This document shows positions 25,200 to 39,010 of a stretch of 64,000 nucleotides of DNA, in pieces. Under the pieces are notes generated by a model, which did not search any database, was not told the DNA's origin, and saw only the letters and a list, made by a program, of their open reading frames with translations. Each line of letters begins with the position of its first letter. The stretch's first letter is position 1. Made by a program: the position numbers and the translations under genes. Source of the stretch: Camelus ferus (Eukaryota); the NCBI RefSeq assembly GCF_009834535.1, contig NC_045697.1, positions 80,230,001 through 80,294,000 on the forward strand, read 5' to 3'.

Positions 25200-26850
25200 T
25201 TCACTTACCTGTAAAACACCCTTCTCCTTGGAGGTTTATGTCACCTGTCATAGTACCACCATCAGCCCCTCATCCCTATTATCCTCACCATTTACATATG
25301 GTCACCTCCAGCTCCCTCCCTTGACACATCCTCTGTCTTGTTATTTTCACTGACTACACTGTCCATTTAGCTCTTCCCACACTCTATCCTTTCAGTTCCT
25401 TGAAGCAGTTCTGGGTAATGACAAGGTCAAAGATGTGGCTGAGGGTAGCAGAAGCTGCCACGAATTTAAGGTACAAGTAACTAAGCACATACGTCAGAAT
25501 TTGTGGCCACAGCCTGCCATTTTTCCTCAAAAAGAAACCCAGACCCTTGACTCCTCCTCCTCTTCTCATCTCCAAGCCCCTTCCTGATCTCACTGATTGT
25601 GTCATCCAGCCCATGCGGAGGGGGTGATCACCAGAACACTCATCAATATTCTCAAATCTCATTTATGCCACTATTCCTCTTATACTGGGACTCTCCACTA
25701 CTTCCCACACTGCCTACCATAAGTTTCACAGCCCCTTAGCTCCATGAGAATCTGACCTGGAAATTTCCTCCTACCTGTCTCATTCATAGACAGTTTTTCT
25801 CTCAGTCACCTCCTTAAGCTTTGCCATGCAATCAGGTAATCCTTTGTGAAAATAGTACTTCCTATGATTTAAACTGCCATGTCTGTGCCAATGAATATGG
25901 AACCTGGATGTCCTACAGCACCTTAAATTCATGAACTTTCCTGTCTTTATCCCAAGACCTGCTTCTCCTCCCATATCCCAAATCTCATTTAATAGTAAAA
26001 TGAAGCCAACCAAGCCAAAAACCTGGCTAATCATCCTTGACCAATTTTACCCTCTTTTTTCTAATCAGTTAATAAGCTCTGTTAATTTTGCCTTCTAAAT
26101 ATTTCTTGAATCACTCTATTTTTCATCCTTTCTACTGCTGCCATGCCACATAATCTCTCAACTGGAGAAATACGTTGGTTTCATGACTGATCATCATTCT
26201 TCCAATTTTATCTCCCTCCACATTGCAATCAGCATGATCTGTCTAAAAGGCAAATCTGACCATAGAACTTCCCTGCTAAAAATTCTTCCTTGGCTAACCA
26301 TTCCCTATGTCAGGGCTTCTTACAATATCCAATTTGTACATATGATGAGTACGAGGTCAAGGCATCACTGACCTTCTCCCCTAAAGCTAAGACTTCTTGG
26401 CCTGTAGCATATAGTGTCAAGTCCTTACCATGACACACATAGACCTCACGACCTGGCTCTTACTTAAAGAGCTCTCACTTTTCACTCCACACAAACTGCC
26501 TTGGACTTTGGCTACTTGCATTATGTCTCCATGCATTTTTAATATGATTCCCTGCTGATAATGCCTAGATGGCCTTGATTTCGTTTTCCTTGAGCTTACA
26601 CTTTATTCAAGAAAGAAGCCCAAGACTTCTCCAGGAAGCCTTCCCTAAAACCTACTCACAACACACTGCTTGTTTGATTTAAATTTCACATGACACTGAG
26701 ACCATCTGCTATACACCTAGATCCCCAACTATATTCCAACATCAGAAATGGCAAGGACTATATCTTTTTCTTTTGGTATCTCCAATGCCTAACATATGAT
26801 CCTAACACTGTGCCTGAGACCTATTAGTAGCTCAAAACATTACTTGAAAG
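25200..26850 (+). mobile_element. LINE-2 fragments
   Basis: ctggatgtcctacagcaccttaaattca...aaaggcaaatctgacca...tccctgctaaaaattctt...tccaggaagccttccct...aatgcctaacata. Confidence 0.7.
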
Positions 26851-28239
26851 GGAAGTAGCTTAATAAACATTATTGGGAAAGTGCAGATGCAAATATGAAA
26901 TCAGTTAAAACAAGGAAGTGGTATTATACATAATTCTTATTATTAAAATTTTCCTTTAAAGGGGGGATTTAAAACTTCTATCCTTCCAATCATTTGCACA
27001 TGTATTTTTTCTAACAAGTTATTTACCAAGTGTCTATGTATGACAGCCTATACTAGGTGAGGGATATGATGGTCTAGAAAATACACAATGTAGTAGGACA
27101 TCACTAAGTATAAGCAAATACCTATGTGATACAAAAAAAGGATATCAATTCCAACTTTTGAAGCATAAATGCTTAGCTATTACTACACATAAGTCAGTGG
27201 AAAAATCAAACGAAAGCAGTTAAGACAATCAGAGTCTTCAAAAAAAAAATAACATGTAACCACAGGATGTGGTCAATTCCCAATTAGACCACAAATATCT
27301 TGCCACTAGGTCACTGCATGCAGAGAGGACTATGATTAGAAATGTTTTTAGTCAGTGCCACTGTGTGCTGGTTTGTGAAAGAGAATCAGCAGGGTCTGGG
27401 ATTGGTGATTAGATAAGGTCCTATCAACTTATTCCATATAGCAAATTAAAGAAGGGTTCATGCAATACTTTATGGTTTTTTTTTTTTTGGTTGCTAAGTT
27501 CCTGGACTGAATGCCTTTCACAGAGAAGTTAAACAATTGATGAATAATTGAATGTGTGCATGCAACACAAATGCTATTGGTCATGACCTCTGCCACCCAG
27601 ATAACAGATTCACTTCGAGATTTAAATCACTTCTGGAGATGTTGAAGAAAGAGTAGAGAAGGGAGCTTTTCTGAACTTAAAGAGTCTGACTTTCTGCAGA
27701 ATAGAAATCTTTAACAGAGGCTAGTAATGTTCCCAGGTGCACTTCTGGAAGATTCTATCATGTTATTTGATATTCTGAAATACCGAACAGAATTTCTATA
27801 TACTTCCCACATTGTAAAATATGTTTTAATTTCTATTAATTATTCCATGAAGCTGTCACATTTTCCCTTCAATGTTATTTTCAGCTCTGATGAAGAAAAG
27901 AGAGATTCAGTCAGAAGAGGGAAGGACAGAGAGAAGTAAAGGCTCTCCCCAGGGAAAACGAACTAAAGATGTCATCTTCTGAGTGTGAAATCAGCTAATT
28001 CTGGCCCAGTATAAGGAGCAGGCATCCCCTTCTTTTAAACCCGTATCTTTATTTCTAAAATCCTAAGTATCCAACATTCTTTATACATTTGCTACATGTA
28101 TGTTCAGTTAATTTCAAATGAGTCCAATTTACCTTGTCAAAATGACACTGAATTTTCTCTCCTTTCACCTGCCCCCCTACCCCACCCAAATTACTATCAG
28201 TTGTTTTTTTCTTTTTCCTGAACTCCTGCGATATCCATT

Positions 28240-28825
28240 TCCCCTGCTTCCCCTTCTATAATTCCTCTGACACACTGCTGCCAGTCAGAGTTGGGTAAAA
28301 TGAAAACAGATCATTTAATGTCCCGGCTTTAAACTCTCTAGTGGCTTCTCACAGCACACAGTCTAATACCCTAATTCCCATCCTTGGCCTCCAAGGCCTT
28401 TTGAGCTCTGGCCCACCCCTGTCTTTCACGTTACTTTACATCCCCACCCCTGAGTCCTTGTGATGTTTTAAGCCATACTGATCTTCCTTTGGCTCCTCAC
28501 TGAGGTCACTCATTCTTAGAGCTGTACTTGCTGTTCATTGTGGGTAGAGTCTCTACTTCCAGATCTATTCAATATTTAGGTTTCTGCTTCTGGTGCCTCA
28601 TAGTGGCCCTTCCCTGATTACCCCCATTAAATCAGCCATCAGTCCCCTAGTCATGCCCCTTGTATCATCCTGTTGTCTTCAGAGCACAAAAAATGATCTA
28701 AAATTATCTTGCTGACTTTACTTATTTATTTACTTCTGTCTTTTCTATCACCATATTTCCAGGGCTTGGAAAGAATGTATGCATACAGTAAGCATGAAAT
28801 AAGTGTCTGTTGATTGAATTAATTA
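28240..28825 (+). mobile_element. LINE-2 3' region
   Basis: ctttaaactctctagtggcttctc...cagccatactg...catacagtaagcatgaaataagtgtctgttgattgaat. Confidence 0.7.
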
Positions 28826-28939
28826 ACCAATAATCAGATTCATTGGCATCAACTAGAAAAAGCAGATCAGAGCCAAGGAAAGAACATTACAGCAAATACT
28901 GGATAGGATTTGAAATTGATTAAAATGACAAGCTTAGAA

Positions 28940-29155
28940 GCTAGCCATCTTGTGTCAGAATTGTGGGCCTGCTACTTGGCTAATACTGTGTGACCCAGGA
29001 GAGCCACTTAGCCTCTAAGCTTCAGTGCCTTCATCTGTAAAATGACAGTAAGTAGTACCTAGTAGTATTCGATGTAAACCTTAAGGAGTTAAAATAGTTG
29101 AAGAACATAAACAGTCTTAGGTACACAGTAGGTACTTAATGAACATTAATTATGA
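28940..29155 (+). mobile_element. MIR SINE
   Basis: ctgtgtgacccaggagagccacttagcctctaagcttcagtgccttcatctgtaaaatg. Confidence 0.8.
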
Positions 29156-29354
29156 TTTTTAGTACTTCAATACAGTGAGCCCATGTTGGTTACTATGCAG
29201 CAACCAGGTAACTAGGCATTATTGTATTGGATATCAGGTTTACAAATTTAGAAGTGGAAGTGATTAACAATAACTTTATACTTAAAGTACAAGATTGTTA
29301 AAAAGAATGTATCTATATATTATGGATAGGTGTCTCAAATGATTTTTATGGCAA

Positions 29355-30006
29355 TTTTTTTATTGTGGTAAAATATATACAATGTAAAAGCTATCCTTTT
29401 CATCATTTTCAAGAATACAATCTAGTGGCATGAAGCACATGCTGGATGTGTGACCATCACCACACTATCCACTTCAGAATTGTTTTTATCATCTCAAACA
29501 GAACTCTGTATCCAGTAAACAAACTCTCCATTCCCTCCTCTCCCTCAGCCCCTGGCAATCTGTACATCCTGTCCCTATGAATTTGCCTATTTTAGTTACT
29601 TCGTATACGAGGAACTATACACTATTTGTCCTTTTGTGTCTGGCTTATCTCACTTAGCGTAACATTTTCAGGGTTCATCCATGTTGTAGCATGTATCAAA
29701 ATCTCATTTATCTTTAAGGCTGAATAATATTGCATTGTATGTATATAACACATTTCATTCACTTGTTTCTGCTAATGGACACTTGGGTTGCTTCTACTTT
29801 TTGGCTATTGTGAATAATGCTGCTACAAACCCTGGTATAATAATATCTGGGTCCCTGCTTTCAATTCTTTTGGGGATATCTTGAGAAGTTAAATTGCTGG
29901 ATCATATGGCAATTCTAAGTTTAACTTTTGAGGAACTATCAAACCGTTTTCCACAGAGGCTGCATCACTTTACATTCCCATCAATAATGCACAAGGGTTT
30001 TCTAAT
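29355..30006 (-). mobile_element. L1 (L1MB-like) 3' end, same sense as CAMK2D
   Basis: T-run then attgtggtaaaatata...ggttcatccatgttgtagcatgtatca...attgctggatcatatgg...ttttgaggaact. Confidence 0.9.
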
Positions 30007-32039
30007 GATTCTGGTACAATGTAGGAAAATGGCTGAAAGGGCCATTAAAATTTGTATGTATGTATTAAGGTTAATTAACTATACATTCAAAGTTTCCTGT
30101 AGATATAGGCTATAGAACCATACAATATTACCATTACCAGAATTTTAAGCAATTCACTTCTAAATATCTCACACGATAATTTGGGAGAACTGGTTAATAT
30201 TTCATTCAAGTCATTATAGCACAAGACCCTCTCCAAAGGGCAGAATTCATACAATTCTATGATGTCTAAATAATATCTCTATGGAAAATATAAATTGGCT
30301 TTTATCTTGCTAAAGCTTGGAAAAATCATTTGTAGCAACAATAAAATGCATATGGATAAGTAGATTCTCCTAAGTGGTAAATATGATAAATAATATCAAT
30401 GAAACAAGTTTACTCTTGTTTTTTCTTTCTAGTTAATATAATCTACTTATTAAAGAATGCAGTTCTAAACAGATTAGAAAATTCTCATCTCTATTTTTTC
30501 CATAACTTTACTATTTGAAACCTAGCTCATAATTCTCCACTAATTCAAAAGAGCTAAAATAACTTGCTGATGTAACAAGGTGTACATCAAACCTGGTCAT
30601 CGGATGAAGCACCCCTACTGCAAACTTAAAAGGTATACTACTAAGAGAGCCTACGTTTCCATCCATTTACCTCTCTATGGGGCATTCAAATATTATAAAA
30701 ATTAAGGCTATGATGTTTCATTCACTGTAATCAAATTAACTTTAAGAAAATCTCATTACTCATTTTTATAAAAAGATTTTAAGTAATTAACTATTCCAAG
30801 ATGAAAAACAAAAAAATCAAATCTACCTTGAGATATTTTATGAGAAACAGTGCTCCCTGTCAACTAGGAGAAAGGCATTCATGCTTAGAGTGGCACAAAT
30901 GAGTATAAGGAAGAAATGAACAGAAAATATAAAGATGAATACAATCTAGAAATAATGCAATATTAAGACTTAGATACTGAGTGGCATTCAGAAAAATGTT
31001 TCTTACCCATAGGGTCCAAGTCAGACTTTGTTGAATTTTTGCTTTACCATTTACTATTCTCAGGGAAGTTATTTAACTTCTTTATCCATCATTTATAGAC
31101 CAATAGTTGTTTTGGGTTTACATATGATAAAGTTGATTAGTATACACAGCAAAATACTTGGCTTAGATTAAGAACTCAATGTTATCTATTTTTATTATTA
31201 TTATAATGTTAGAAAAGCATGGACTTTTGCTGCATCAACCATTACTACATCTTGCTTCTATTCTTGATGCATGAATAGGAATTTATAATAAAAAGTTTAT
31301 TTATAAACCAAAGAATAAATTTGTGTGAAGGAAAAGTTTCAAAAGAATACCATATCTTGTTCTAAATAAAAATACAGAGAATCATAAATTTAGAGCTTTT
31401 AACTGATACATAATTTATTCCACTTGCCTTATTTAGCCAGAGACACTATGGCACAGAGAAGATGGTGCATCCAAGGTCATACAAATAGGCTATACATTTA
31501 TAATAAGCAGATTTATGAAAATCTGAAGGTTTCAAACTTTTACAATTTTGGGGGTCAGATTACTGCAATAAAAGAAGTATAAAATGCAAGTGCTTGCTCC
31601 CCCAAAAGGTCCATCAACAAGGAAAATCATAAATGGGTATCCAAGCTTGGTAATTATAAGCACATATTTCCTAGCATAAGAATTTCATCTTTCCTAGGTC
31701 CCACTATCACTACACTTTCTTTGTATCTAATACTACATATTTGTGTCCTGATGCCTCCTTCTCATCATGTTCTTTTTTTTTTTTTTTGGAAGACCCATCA
31801 ACTGCTGAGAGACAAGATGTCTTAAGTGGTTCGGAAGAGTCAATATACTTGAGACTTGGTCTTTTGAAAGATTAGACACATCTTGCTTCCTTTGTCATTG
31901 GTCCACCTTGTGTGTCCTTAATGGGAGACATACATACTTCCACTCCCATAGCTGAAACACTGAGTTGGAAACATCAAGGTGGCCAACTACGAAAGGTGAG
32001 TTTATGCCCTGAGGGCATTTGCTGTAATAGCTGACATTT

Positions 32040-32280
32040 AAAGAAAAAGGTATAGATTTATTAAGCACTTGCTTTGCTGGATACTTTGTGAACTTAGTCT
32101 TATTTAATCCATTCAAACATATTATGAAGAAAATAATACTCTATCCGTTTTAGGGATGAAAAACATGAGGTTTGGTGCAGAAAAGTTACAGAAAATCACA
32201 TAGCTAGAAGTGGTTGATCTGGGACACATATATGGATCTGAATTGATGCTCCATGCTCCTAACCACAATGCTTACTGCTT
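32040..32280 (-). mobile_element. MIR SINE
   Basis: atttattaagcacttgc...cttatttaatcc...ccgttttagggatgaaaaacatgagg...ccatgctcctaaccac. Confidence 0.7.
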
Positions 32281-33767
32281 CCTACAATGACAACATACTG
32301 AATTTACATAGTTTTCACTATATTTAGTCAGCACTGTATTTCTAGGCATAGGTTTTTATCTTAGGCTATATTATATCTAATATTTATTTTATATCAATCA
32401 TAGGGAATTATATTTGATGCTAGAAGAATGTAGAAGGCAATTTAAATGAAACAACTGCAAAATCTAAAATGAACACACAGCCAGACATTATTATTGGACA
32501 GTAATGGATATCTAACTTGAAAGCTTGAGCCAATGCCAAAAAATAAAATTTCACTGTCTGAACAAGAGAAATCAAAAGTTCCGCTATAAACAAGATTCCT
32601 ATACAGTTTTGCTCATGTTTAGGAAGGGAATTTGGTTTTGGAAAAAAAAGAACAAGTAAAGAAGGTCCCTTAGACTTAGCTAGGGGTGATTTGCCTTTGA
32701 GGATGAGGTTGACTTCGGTAACACTCTGCTCTGCCTCCCTCCTCCTCACTGGGAAAGCTTCTGGGCCTCAAAGGGGCTACAGGCCCAGTGACCTTGTACA
32801 GACAGCAGGTCTTTATTCTCTGCAACTTGTCTTAGTCCCCTAACATTTTCAAAGAAAGGCACATTTATAGAAACTTCTAGGTCGGGTTGTTTCAAAGCTG
32901 CCTTGGAGAAAGTGCCAGTGAGACAACTAAAAAGACTTTAGATTAAAATCCTTACAGAAATAAAAAGAAATATATACATTTGCACTTCAGTATGAATGAA
33001 AAAAGATAACTAACTGTTCTGAGATCTAGCCTCTGAATATTAACATTTTAAAAAGAGGGCTAACTTTAAAAAGGTTTATAATAGTAGGGAACGTAAGTAA
33101 ATTAGAAGTCTATGATTTGCATTAAAATATTTTCTTTTATTAAGTTTATTCTTTTAAGTAGAGTTCAAAATTGCTAATAGGTCATCATCTAAGTTGACAG
33201 AGAATTAGAAAACTCAAACTGTAAACATTCATATTAGTTAAAAAAAATCCTGGAAACTACATGATGTTAAACCAAATTAAACAGGATTATTTTTCCCAAT
33301 GACATTCACAAAAGCAGAAATGACAAGTGGGAAAAAAGACCAAGTTACATTATTTTAATATTTTAATTATTATTTATGGATAGGTTTCTGATTTCTTTTT
33401 GTAAAATCTGTCTATAACTGTTTGTGATACCTATGTAGACACATATTTATATATGTCTGTTGAGTCTAGCAATCTATATTACCTCTTTTCTATGAGACAC
33501 GCTAATTTCATAAATGTTATCAACAGAACATAAGCTGCACTACAGAAGTGGGAAAACCACTTTGGACACAATAAACTCAATTAGCTCAAAAAACATGCTC
33601 TCAAAAAACATCAAGCGCTCACATCAATCTCCTTCATAGGGAGAGACATGTTGACCCTAGTTGGTGCAAGATTATTTTACTTCAAGACAGGTAAAAACAA
33701 GGACCCGACAACAGTCCTTAAACAAAAAATAAAAGTAACAGTCTCAATAGCTGCGGTTTTTTATTTT

Positions 33768-33793
33768 TTGTTGTTGTTGTTGTTGTTGTTTGT
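33768..33793. repeat. (TTG)n microsatellite
   Basis: ttgttgttgttgttgttgttgtttg. Confidence 0.9.
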
Positions 33794-34479
33794 TTTTAAA
33801 TCTTTGGCTACAGTACCATTTAAGAGATGGTGCCTGTTTCCTCTCCACAGTACTGGCTTACTGAACCAGATACTGCACTGTTTAAATATAGCACATTTAC
33901 ATAGGAACTGTTTTACTCTGAATGTTGGCAGGTAAAGGGAAAAGTGCTTGGATATACGTCATTAGCTGACAAGGACTGACTGACCTTCAACTCTTACTTT
34001 TACATTGAAAGCCCTCTGAGACCATTCAGACAAATCTGAGACCATATCGCAGACAGAAGAGGATGCGTAAAATATTTACTACCTGGTAGCGATTCTAATC
34101 TGGTAGACTAGGACAAAATTTTCATTTCAGCACACACAGAATCTCTAATGAAACTGATTTCATTACAGGGAACTGGATAGTTTTAAGTGACCTTTTTAAC
34201 ACTAATTGATTTAGAAAGTACAATTAGGTTTCTGATTTGCCTGAGCATTTTTGTACTTACTTCAACTCTCTCATTTTAGGAAAAACATGATATATGAAGG
34301 TTTGAAGGAATTACCAACCACTTCCTCAACTGAACTCAGCTCCACTTGGCCTACCTTGGGTACTTCAATAAAATACCAGGCCTGTAGAGAACCTGCAGTT
34401 GGAGAAGCAGGGAAATAGCGGAGACCTTGGTGTAGCAACGTAACAGACAGCAATTCTGAGTTATGACCTTTAGACACCG

Positions 34480-35200
34480 TACAATTAAAGAACCAGAAGC
34501 TTCCAGATGACAAATAGGGAGGCTTTACAGAACTATCGCTATAGCTCCCACCTTTGAATTGATGTAAACCCAAACTTATTCTTCCCTCCTACCTCCAGCA
34601 AAGAAGTCTCCCTCCTTCCAAAATCGAAGGCTTCAAATGTGATCCGAGTTCGTTCCTGCTCTTTCCTTCTGAATCTCACTCTTCACTTTTCCCTGACTCT
34701 TGCCTTTTTCCTGGGTCATCAATATCCTCTTCTTCATTGGCTCCTTCTAATTAGCCTATAAATGAGTCTTCCATCAAAATTTATCTACCTTCATCCTCTC
34801 TCCCACTATTAACCTTTCTTCTTTTCACTAGCTCCAGCCAATGTCCTCAAGGCATTTCATATTGTGCATAAATTTATTCCTTTTCATCTGCATCCTCATA
34901 TTGTAATGGAATTACTATTTACATAGCCCCCATCACAGTCAAGCTAAATTCCACTTTCTCACCATAGCATCCAGTGGTTTACTACATTCTGCCAAACCCT
35001 AGCTCCAAATTTACCTCTGGACTTGATCCCTTCCTCTCCACCCCGTGTTCCCCAGTTAGTGCATTATCAATGTCTTACATCAACTACTAGACAGCCTCGT
35101 ATCTCTAAATTCATCTCTACCTTCTACAAATATATTCTCCACATTGCTACTACAGTTACTGTTCTAAAATGCAGTATGACCATAATAGATTCCATAAATA
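34480..35200 (+). mobile_element. Degenerate LINE-2
   Basis: Pyrimidine-rich L2-like motifs (atcctctcttcttcattggctcc; attctccacattgctactacagttactgttctaaaatgca). Confidence 0.5.
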
Positions 35201-37299
35201 GCAATCTGAATAAATAAAAAGGTTTTAGAGCCCAGAAAGCACTGTGGAGATAATCTATTCTAGCACAGAATAGTGGGGCAATATTTCCAAGTGAATCAAT
35301 CACTAACAGATCTGTGGTAGAACCCAAAGGTCCTGATTCCTCACCACATACACGTCAAAGCTTATTTCAAGTTTGAGTCTTGGTTTATAAGTTGAGACAT
35401 TTCTTTCTCACTTCCAATACCATGCAATCAATCATTAAATGCTCTTTACAAATTATAAGGAATTTGTGAAGGCAAATATGCTTCAGATCTTAGAAAGATT
35501 TTGAGAAATGGGTCACTGGGAAAATCTCACCGAGAACAACATTTATTTCTGTTGACATCAACAGGAAAATGCTGAGACTATTTGCGAACTCTCAAATTCT
35601 GTTGAATGTTAAATATGCACTCAAGAATAGCTAAAGAAGACTGTAAATGAAAATAATAACCCAATAGGCAGCAGAAAGATGCTGTCGTTCACCGCCACTG
35701 GATTTGAGAACTCCATGAAGGTTCTTGTACACCCAGTTCTACTAGGATATGTCTTCCTTTGTCAACAGCATATGGTGTGAAACACAGGGAGAAGAATTTG
35801 AAGAAAAAAATAAACGAAGCATCTGTGCATTCACTTCTTCAAGTTTTAACAGCTAATTAGGCTTTCTACAGTAATATTTATAGATTCACAAAACTCAGGT
35901 GATAAATGTAATCATTTTTTCCCTCTGAAGAATGTAGGCTGTTAAACTACAGAGTAATGGGGTATATTCTATGCATTTGTTGTCTTAAGGAACTTAAAAA
36001 GAAGGGTAGTTGTTTATTTGAGATTACCATCCACAGCTTGGATAGAAAGAAAATAGACAGACTAATGCTATACACCTGTATGTTAATTGCAGTGTTTTCA
36101 TGCAACAACATGTAAAACAGTAATTAGAGAAACACCTCATTTGCCTGGAATCACTAGGAATGGGGATATTTTCTTAAATTATTTTTCCAAGTAACAAACT
36201 GCTTTAAGTTTCAAAACTATTTTCATGGCTATATAAAAATATATTTGAAATACCTCTGAACTCTTAAATATACAAAATATAATCTTTTAATGACTTGGGA
36301 CCAAAATTAGGATTATAGAATTCTGTGTTCTGTACAGTTTTGGGGGCTTAAGAACTGCGGAGGTGAGCAGAAAAATGTGCCTACTTGCAAAGTCCTCTCA
36401 AACCATGATGTTTTTCTGGCTCTTGTTTGCTTTTACCCCTCACTTAAAACTTGCTTATTTCCATGCTTGGTCAGGTAGCCTGACCTTCTTGTTACTGCAA
36501 TCACTTTGTCAGCTCCCTATTACCCTTTGGTCTGTATTTCTCCCCTCAAATTTCCAGCTTCTAATTGCCAGAGATTTGGATATAAGATCATAAAACTTGA
36601 TAAGATACATGAAAGTCAGTATGTTTTGATGGAGGGTCTGAGTTCTTTACAGAATAAAGTGCACTAGCTTTAGTGCATGTTTTTTAATAAAGATTTTAGT
36701 TACATTATAGACCTGTCATGCTTACTGACTTCCTAATATATGGGACTTTAAAACCTAAACTGTATTGCTCTTTTTTTAAGAGAAGTCTTGCAGGTCTCTA
36801 ATTAAAGTATCTTCTAAAAGCTAAAGTAATAAGATACCTAGACATCAACTACTAAGTTCTTTTAATATTTTAATTTTTGACTTTTCAAGAAAACACAGAA
36901 TAGAATAAAAATCTACATTCACAGCTTCTCTAGTTTAATCTTGTTAACATGTCACCGTATGGGCACATTTGTTTCCCATCTACCGTCACCTTACCTTTAT
37001 TTAAGGAAGAAAAAAATTATCACTGCATTATTTTCAGAGAAGTTAGATATGCTCAGTATAGAGAATTAAAACAATGCAGAAAAGTACAAAATAGAAGCCA
37101 AAAGAAGAAACAAAATATTCCAAATCCATAGACTAGAAACTGTGTGTATGAATGGCAGGTGTGTGTGTGGAGGAGGCTAAAACTGATGACAGAAATTTAG
37201 AGACATTTTTAAAATTGGGACTCATTTACTTATTAATCTTTATTCACAAAATATTGTTTAAATAAATTTGAAATTAATAGAAGAAAAAGTAATCAAAAT

Positions 37300-38700
37300 G
37301 AATCTTAAAAATTGTGAGCAGGTATATTTCTTAATAAGATTTTTTTTTTAAGAGGCTTTTGAAAACAATTGCAATTAGAGTAATTTCTAACTACAGGCTT
37401 TAATTCAGATGGCATTAACCAACTCCCTGTTTTCAATGAGAATTAGCATTCTCATGTTCCCTTCTAGTTCTCATCCCCAACTTCTCTATTTTGTTAATTA
37501 TAATTTTTAAATTGTCTGGATATATACATTCGTATTTTCCTGGTTGTCAGTAATTCTTGTAATTGTTCAGTATTCATGTCATCTCATAGAGGATTAAATA
37601 GCCATAGCCACAGCTTTCACCGGTCTTTTTCATTCATGAATTCTTCATCTTGATTGATTTACTGGATTTTAATTTTTCAAGTATTTCCTCCAGCCCTGCA
37701 TCTCCTCCCCCACCACAGTAAGAGCCTAGTTAAATTTGTATTTTTGAAGTTTTTTTCATGTTTTAGAATTTTTACCACTTTCTTCCTTTGAAAGCATCTT
37801 ACCTGGCTGGATGCCTTAAAAGAATTCTTTCATGATCTAACAAGTCTATCAGCTTAACTAGAACACATCTCAGATTCATGTTCTGATTATAAATTTCCTG
37901 GAACATATTGTACTCTTTAACTATACAGATTCAGTTCTTCATTTTAAAGAACTTCCTTGCGTTCTATATTATATTCTTTACTTTAGGTTTTCTATTCAGA
38001 GACACAAATTACTCGTATGTTGAATTAGCTTTAACTCTCTTCCGTATCAGATTCTCTAAAGCTACTTTATTTTCATCTCATTCATATACACTATGATTAT
38101 CACGAGTGTTTTTACCATGTCGCTAATTAGTGGTGTTTGTCAACAACCTCACATTTTGTCACTTAATTGATAATAATGTTCATTTGGTCCTCGATTTCTT
38201 TCCTCAGGTATATGACATATCCTTTCTATCTTCCAGGCTTTGGGTTCTTACTTTATTGAATGTGGTGTTATTAAGCTGTTCCTCAGTGTGAAGCAACTAT
38301 GAGATTTTCTTTGGGTTATATGTGTGACAGTTTTTTCTTTGGGTTCTTGCGTGTATACTATGTTTGTTTATTTATTTCATTTAGCTCTGGTAGGTTTGTA
38401 CAATTGTTTGCCTAAGTGCTGTGTCATAGCACTTTTTGTTTTTTTTTTTTATCCTCCATGTGTTTGGTCTCAGTAAAGATCTTGCACTTGCTCTGAAAGA
38501 TCGTGCCTGATTTGAGTTTCTCTCTCCTTATGTGAGACCATGTAGTTTTTCCCCACCCTGAGTGACTGACTGAAGGCTGACTATGGTGTCTTGTAATCTA
38601 CCATCTTTCTATAGCTTGGGAGACTGACAGGGAGGAGAGGGCTGCAGAGTCTGGCTGTGTGGTATGTATTCTTTTGTAGAATACCTGGGTTCTACTCTAA
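37300..38700 (-). mobile_element. Ancient highly diverged L1/HAL1-like segment
   Basis: T-rich strand bias with motifs such as cagattcagttcttcatttt, tcagagacacaaattactcgtatgttg; limits uncertain. Confidence 0.45.
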
Positions 38701-39010
38701 GTTAAGGTACATGCTTTGTACCAAAGTTCAACCCAACTTACTGGGGAAAGATACCCTGTTCCCAGGAAAAGATATCTTCATGCTCTAGAGCATTTTTCCG
38801 ACGGTGAAATGCCCATTTCATAATGTGTCATAGTCATCCCCCTCATCCACATTTCCCCTTTCACCCATTTCTCATAGGCCTCTGCTTTCCAAAGAACAGA
38901 AAGATAAGGACCCACAAAGTCTACTTGTGGATATTTGTGAGAGCTATCAGGATTGGACCAATTCAGTGGTACAACTGTAGAAGCACGGAGTGGGTTTAAG
39001 AACCAAGCTA

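Noticed and set aside
36660..36677. 7-bp inverted repeat TGCACTA-GCTT-TAGTGCA
   Set aside because: Expected by chance in 64 kb; no associated feature.
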